From the IMG/VR virus record IMGVR_UViG_3300025121_000282, positions 186,001-250,000 of that record: DNA of 64,000 bases; one strand, given 5' to 3'. Positions 61,269-64,000 of this stretch are shown here, piece by piece (positions within the stretch are counted from its first letter, which is position 1; each line of letters begins with the position of its first letter). The notes under the pieces are model-generated. The model was not told the origin of the DNA and made no database searches. It saw only the letters and a program-made list of their open reading frames with translations. The translations under genes were made by a program, and so were the position numbers.

Positions 61269-63998
61269 TTACATGCTCTCCAGTATCAGTGTTTTCAAGA
61301 TGGACTCCAGAAGTTCTTTCTCCTGCTGTTCTTTCTCCAAGTCCATTCTCAGTATTCTCTGCAAAAACCCCGATTTCAGGTTTATTCTTGAGTTGATCCA
61401 TGTGTATCTAACCCCATTAAGGTTTGGCCCTGAGTTCAGTATAGACTCTATTTTGTCTATCAACCCTTCACTCTCATTGAGTACGCCGTTTAAATAGTCT
61501 ATTCTCCCTTGAACGGCGGACAATCTGTCTGTCAGAACACCGTCAGTTGCGTCTCCATAAGTAGGATTTGGTGGGTTCCTTGGTGGGTCATACGTGATGA
61601 TTGGTATGTTTATGTCGTCCCATGCTATATACTGCCGTAAGTTAGTCCACCCCTCACATACAACCTCGACCACTTCTGTGCCAATAAACGGAACAGTGCC
61701 CCACACCTCAAAATCTATGTTTCCTGCAGATACAAACTCTTGAGACACAGTTATTTTGCTGTTATCTGGGTCTATAACACCAATGCTTAACATCGGATTC
61801 GTGTCGCTCGACACGTATACGACACCACTAGTTAGCCCCGTTAAGTCAACAGCGGTGATTATGTCCAGTTTGTTATTTTGGACAGCACCCGACCCAGATA
61901 CTATCAAACTACTTAAAACCTGTTCTCTTAGATTGTCCCAGTTGTCTATCTGGTTTGTGGGGGTGTTGTTGTCTATTCTGTACCGTACCCGCTTTGTCTC
62001 TAATTCAGTCCCAATTGATAGTGTTATGTCATTGTTGACTACAGACGAAACTTTTCTAATTAGTCTATTAGGGCTTTTGTCTGGTATAAATACCAAGTCT
62101 CCCTCAGACACCCCTGTCAGGTTTGATACGAAATCTGTGAGTACAGTATCTGCAACTTGACATTCTCCGTAAACCCTATTTCTTTGGTTCGTTTTAAATA
62201 TTCCACTCAGAGAGCCCATTGCCTCGGCATAATTTCTAATTAAATTTGAATCTCTCCTGGGCCTTCTTATGTATGCTTTTGTGTCCTCGTCATTAGAAGC
62301 CGAATCGTACCATCTAAAAGGGTGGGCTGCATCATACCCGGGGTACACCAGTCCGGTAACTACCACCAGGGTGTCCCCAGTTGATAAATTGCTGCTTTCT
62401 ACCAAGTATCGGCCAATGTTTGGCCCATACAAAATCAGTATTTGAGTACCGGGAGTAAATGTTTCAGTTAGATCTATGCTACGGCAAGTAATTCTTGAAA
62501 GGGATGTAATGTCCACCATCACAAATTCGTCCACATCCATACACCCTCTGTCGATAAACCATTGTTTGTCGTTTCCAGAAGGGAAACACCCTTTTACTGT
62601 TATGGTCGTCCCGTTGGAGGACAAAACTTCCCACACGCCATTACAAACCCCAACTCCGGGGACACCCTCGTCCACCGTAAGTTTTGATCCAACAGGTATA
62701 CTCAGGAAGTTATCAGCCCCCAGGTCGTGCGTCAGAATGGTTGACGTTGAAACCGCCCCACTTCTACGGATAACCAGTCTATAAGTGTGGTTCGCCCCAG
62801 CAATGTTAGAAAAGGGCACTCCTGCGTCTATTACAAATCTGGGGCTGGGTACATTGGTCATGGAGGCAATTTTGTACATGCCACCGTTTACTGCTGAGGT
62901 TATAACCAAATACTCATCCCCAGTCAGTGCTGATATGCCGCTCGGGGCGTCTAGCAACAGTATAGTTGGGTCGGACACAACACCAGTGCCCTCTTCGTAA
63001 TCAATTTCGTAATCAATTCCAACCCCATCAATTTTCATCCCAACGTATACAGAGTCGGCATCACTGGACAGGCACATTTGCATGCCACCGCTGCCAGAGT
63101 TTGATGCCTCAGGGATCACAACCAAATCTCCTACTATGGTCGTGCTAAACCCGCCCGCTTGAGTGAGTGTCATTCCGTCCCCAGACACAACCCCTGCCAG
63201 ACCAGTCAGTGATTCTTGTGTATCTGTTAACATGGACTGTAAATATTCTAACACCAAACTTAACAAATAAGGTTCTGTGTTTAAACTTGTAACAGGTGTG
63301 GTGCTCGAAACAGGTAGTTTTGGCTGGATTCTAGGTATAGAAAGGCACTCTCTGTCATCAGTTCCCACACTATTCAGAGCAGGTATTTTTCTAGGGTTGG
63401 GGTCTGTCCATACAGTTTTAAATTTGAATTTTACTAATTGGTTTGGTTCCGGGTAGTATGCAGAATCACCCGGGTCGTGAGTTACAACCCCATCTTCGGT
63501 CACGTCAAAGTTGGGGCCCTCTTTCCACTTTGGGTCCAATGTGTAGACCGTATCTCCAGCGTACACGATATGTTCTACTGTGCCCCATGCATCAATGGGA
63601 AGTCTCAATTTTGCTAGCAGTACAATTTCTTCTTCAGTAGGCGCACCACCATTTTGAAGCGTGATGCTGGTGGTAGTAGAATCGGTAACTTTAGAACCCG
63701 GGGCTGCTACAGTGCCATCAAGCCGTACTATACTTATTACATCCCCAGCTATTATTTGTCTAACCCCGTTTGCATAATCATTTATCGGATTGTTTACAGG
63801 TATAATTACCGCGCCGTCATTAACCCCTGAAGTTACAATGCAAACCCCAGGTTTTTTCCATCCTCGCACCCTGGACGGGTGCTCAGTTTCCAAGTCAAAC
63901 ACATCATCATCGTCGGCATATTCTAATGAGGGGTCTGTTATACCCTCTTTTACAGACCAAGTCGGGAAAAATCTGCTGTACTTGTGTCTTTCCCATGC
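61269..63998 (-). CDS. large virion structural protein, 5' end beyond the window
   Basis: Frame of ORF 61269..63902 stays open to the window edge; beta-rich repeats and C-terminal coiled coil. Confidence 0.8.
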   Translation of the reverse strand, partial: AWERHKYSRFFPTWSVKEGITDPSLEYADDDDVFDLETEHPSRVRGWKKPGVCIVTSGVNDGAVIIPVNNPINDYANGVRQIIAGDVISIVRLDGTVAAPGSKVTDSTTTSITLQNGGAPTEEEIVLLAKLRLPIDAWGTVEHIVYAGDTVYTLDPKWKEGPNFDVTEDGVVTHDPGDSAYYPEPNQLVKFKFKTVWTDPNPRKIPALNSVGTDDRECLSIPRIQPKLPVSSTTPVTSLNTEPYLLSLVLEYLQSMLTDTQESLTGLAGVVSGDGMTLTQAGGFSTTIVGDLVVIPEASNSGSGGMQMCLSSDADSVYVGMKIDGVGIDYEIDYEEGTGVVSDPTILLLDAPSGISALTGDEYLVITSAVNGGMYKIASMTNVPSPRFVIDAGVPFSNIAGANHTYRLVIRRSGAVSTSTILTHDLGADNFLSIPVGSKLTVDEGVPGVGVCNGVWEVLSSNGTTITVKGCFPSGNDKQWFIDRGCMDVDEFVMVDITSLSRITCRSIDLTETFTPGTQILILYGPNIGRYLVESSNLSTGDTLVVVTGLVYPGYDAAHPFRWYDSASNDEDTKAYIRRPRRDSNLIRNYAEAMGSLSGIFKTNQRNRVYGECQVADTVLTDFVSNLTGVSEGDLVFIPDKSPNRLIRKVSSVVNNDITLSIGTELETKRVRYRIDNNTPTNQIDNWDNLREQVLSSLIVSGSGAVQNNKLDIITAVDLTGLTSGVVYVSSDTNPMLSIGVIDPDNSKITVSQEFVSAGNIDFEVWGTVPFIGTEVVEVVCEGWTNLRQYIAWDDINIPIITYDPPRNPPNPTYGDATDGVLTDRLSAVQGRIDYLNGVLNESEGLIDKIESILNSGPNLNGVRYTWINSRINLKSGFLQRILRMDLEKEQQEKELLESILKTLILESM

Positions 63999-64000
63999 AT

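Noticed and set aside
61123-61401. 92-aa ORF or frameshift extension between two structural genes
   Set aside because: It overlaps the upstream gene by 133 nt and has no good start after the stop. I saw no clear slippery site, so it is left uncalled, although the 120-nt gap may be coding.
1-64000. DGR, retron, group I/II intron, IS element or integrase
   Set aside because: No reverse transcriptase, transposase or recombinase ORF, no template/variable repeat pair with A-specific mismatches, and no gene visibly split around the HNH.

Overview
This window is a segment of a large contractile-tailed (myovirus-like, probably jumbo) phage genome with three zones. (1) About 1-28,900 is a visibly GC-richer accessory/early region of roughly 70 small, mostly unknown + strand ORFs. 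Most sit behind a copy of a repeated promoter-like motif TT(G/A)AC-N14-16-nYGAA (about 57 copies on +, 3 on -). About 20 ORFs use the TGA/TAA inside the next motif as their stop codon, so the region reads as an array of promoter-delimited cassettes. Some cassettes hold RNA rather than protein: tRNA-Leu(CAG) and at least five predicted structured ncRNAs. A macro-module (hairpin/poly-C element, then strong promoter, then a CxCGC-GHD gene) recurs three times. Four AT-richer genes are interleaved on the - strand. (2) About 28,900-48,440 is an AT-richer + strand block with nucleoside hydrolase, M16 peptidase, XRE HTH, an anti-sigma-like protein, an SLT-like muramidase, a phage metallopeptidase, thyX, an amidase, purB, an HD hydrolase and groEL. 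(3) About 48,440-64,000 is a - strand structural operon with a C1 peptidase plus lipoprotein and baseplate gpI-like, gpJ/gp6-like and gp25-like genes, running off the window end. All calls come from reading motifs and ORFs by eye; no database searches or folding programs were run.
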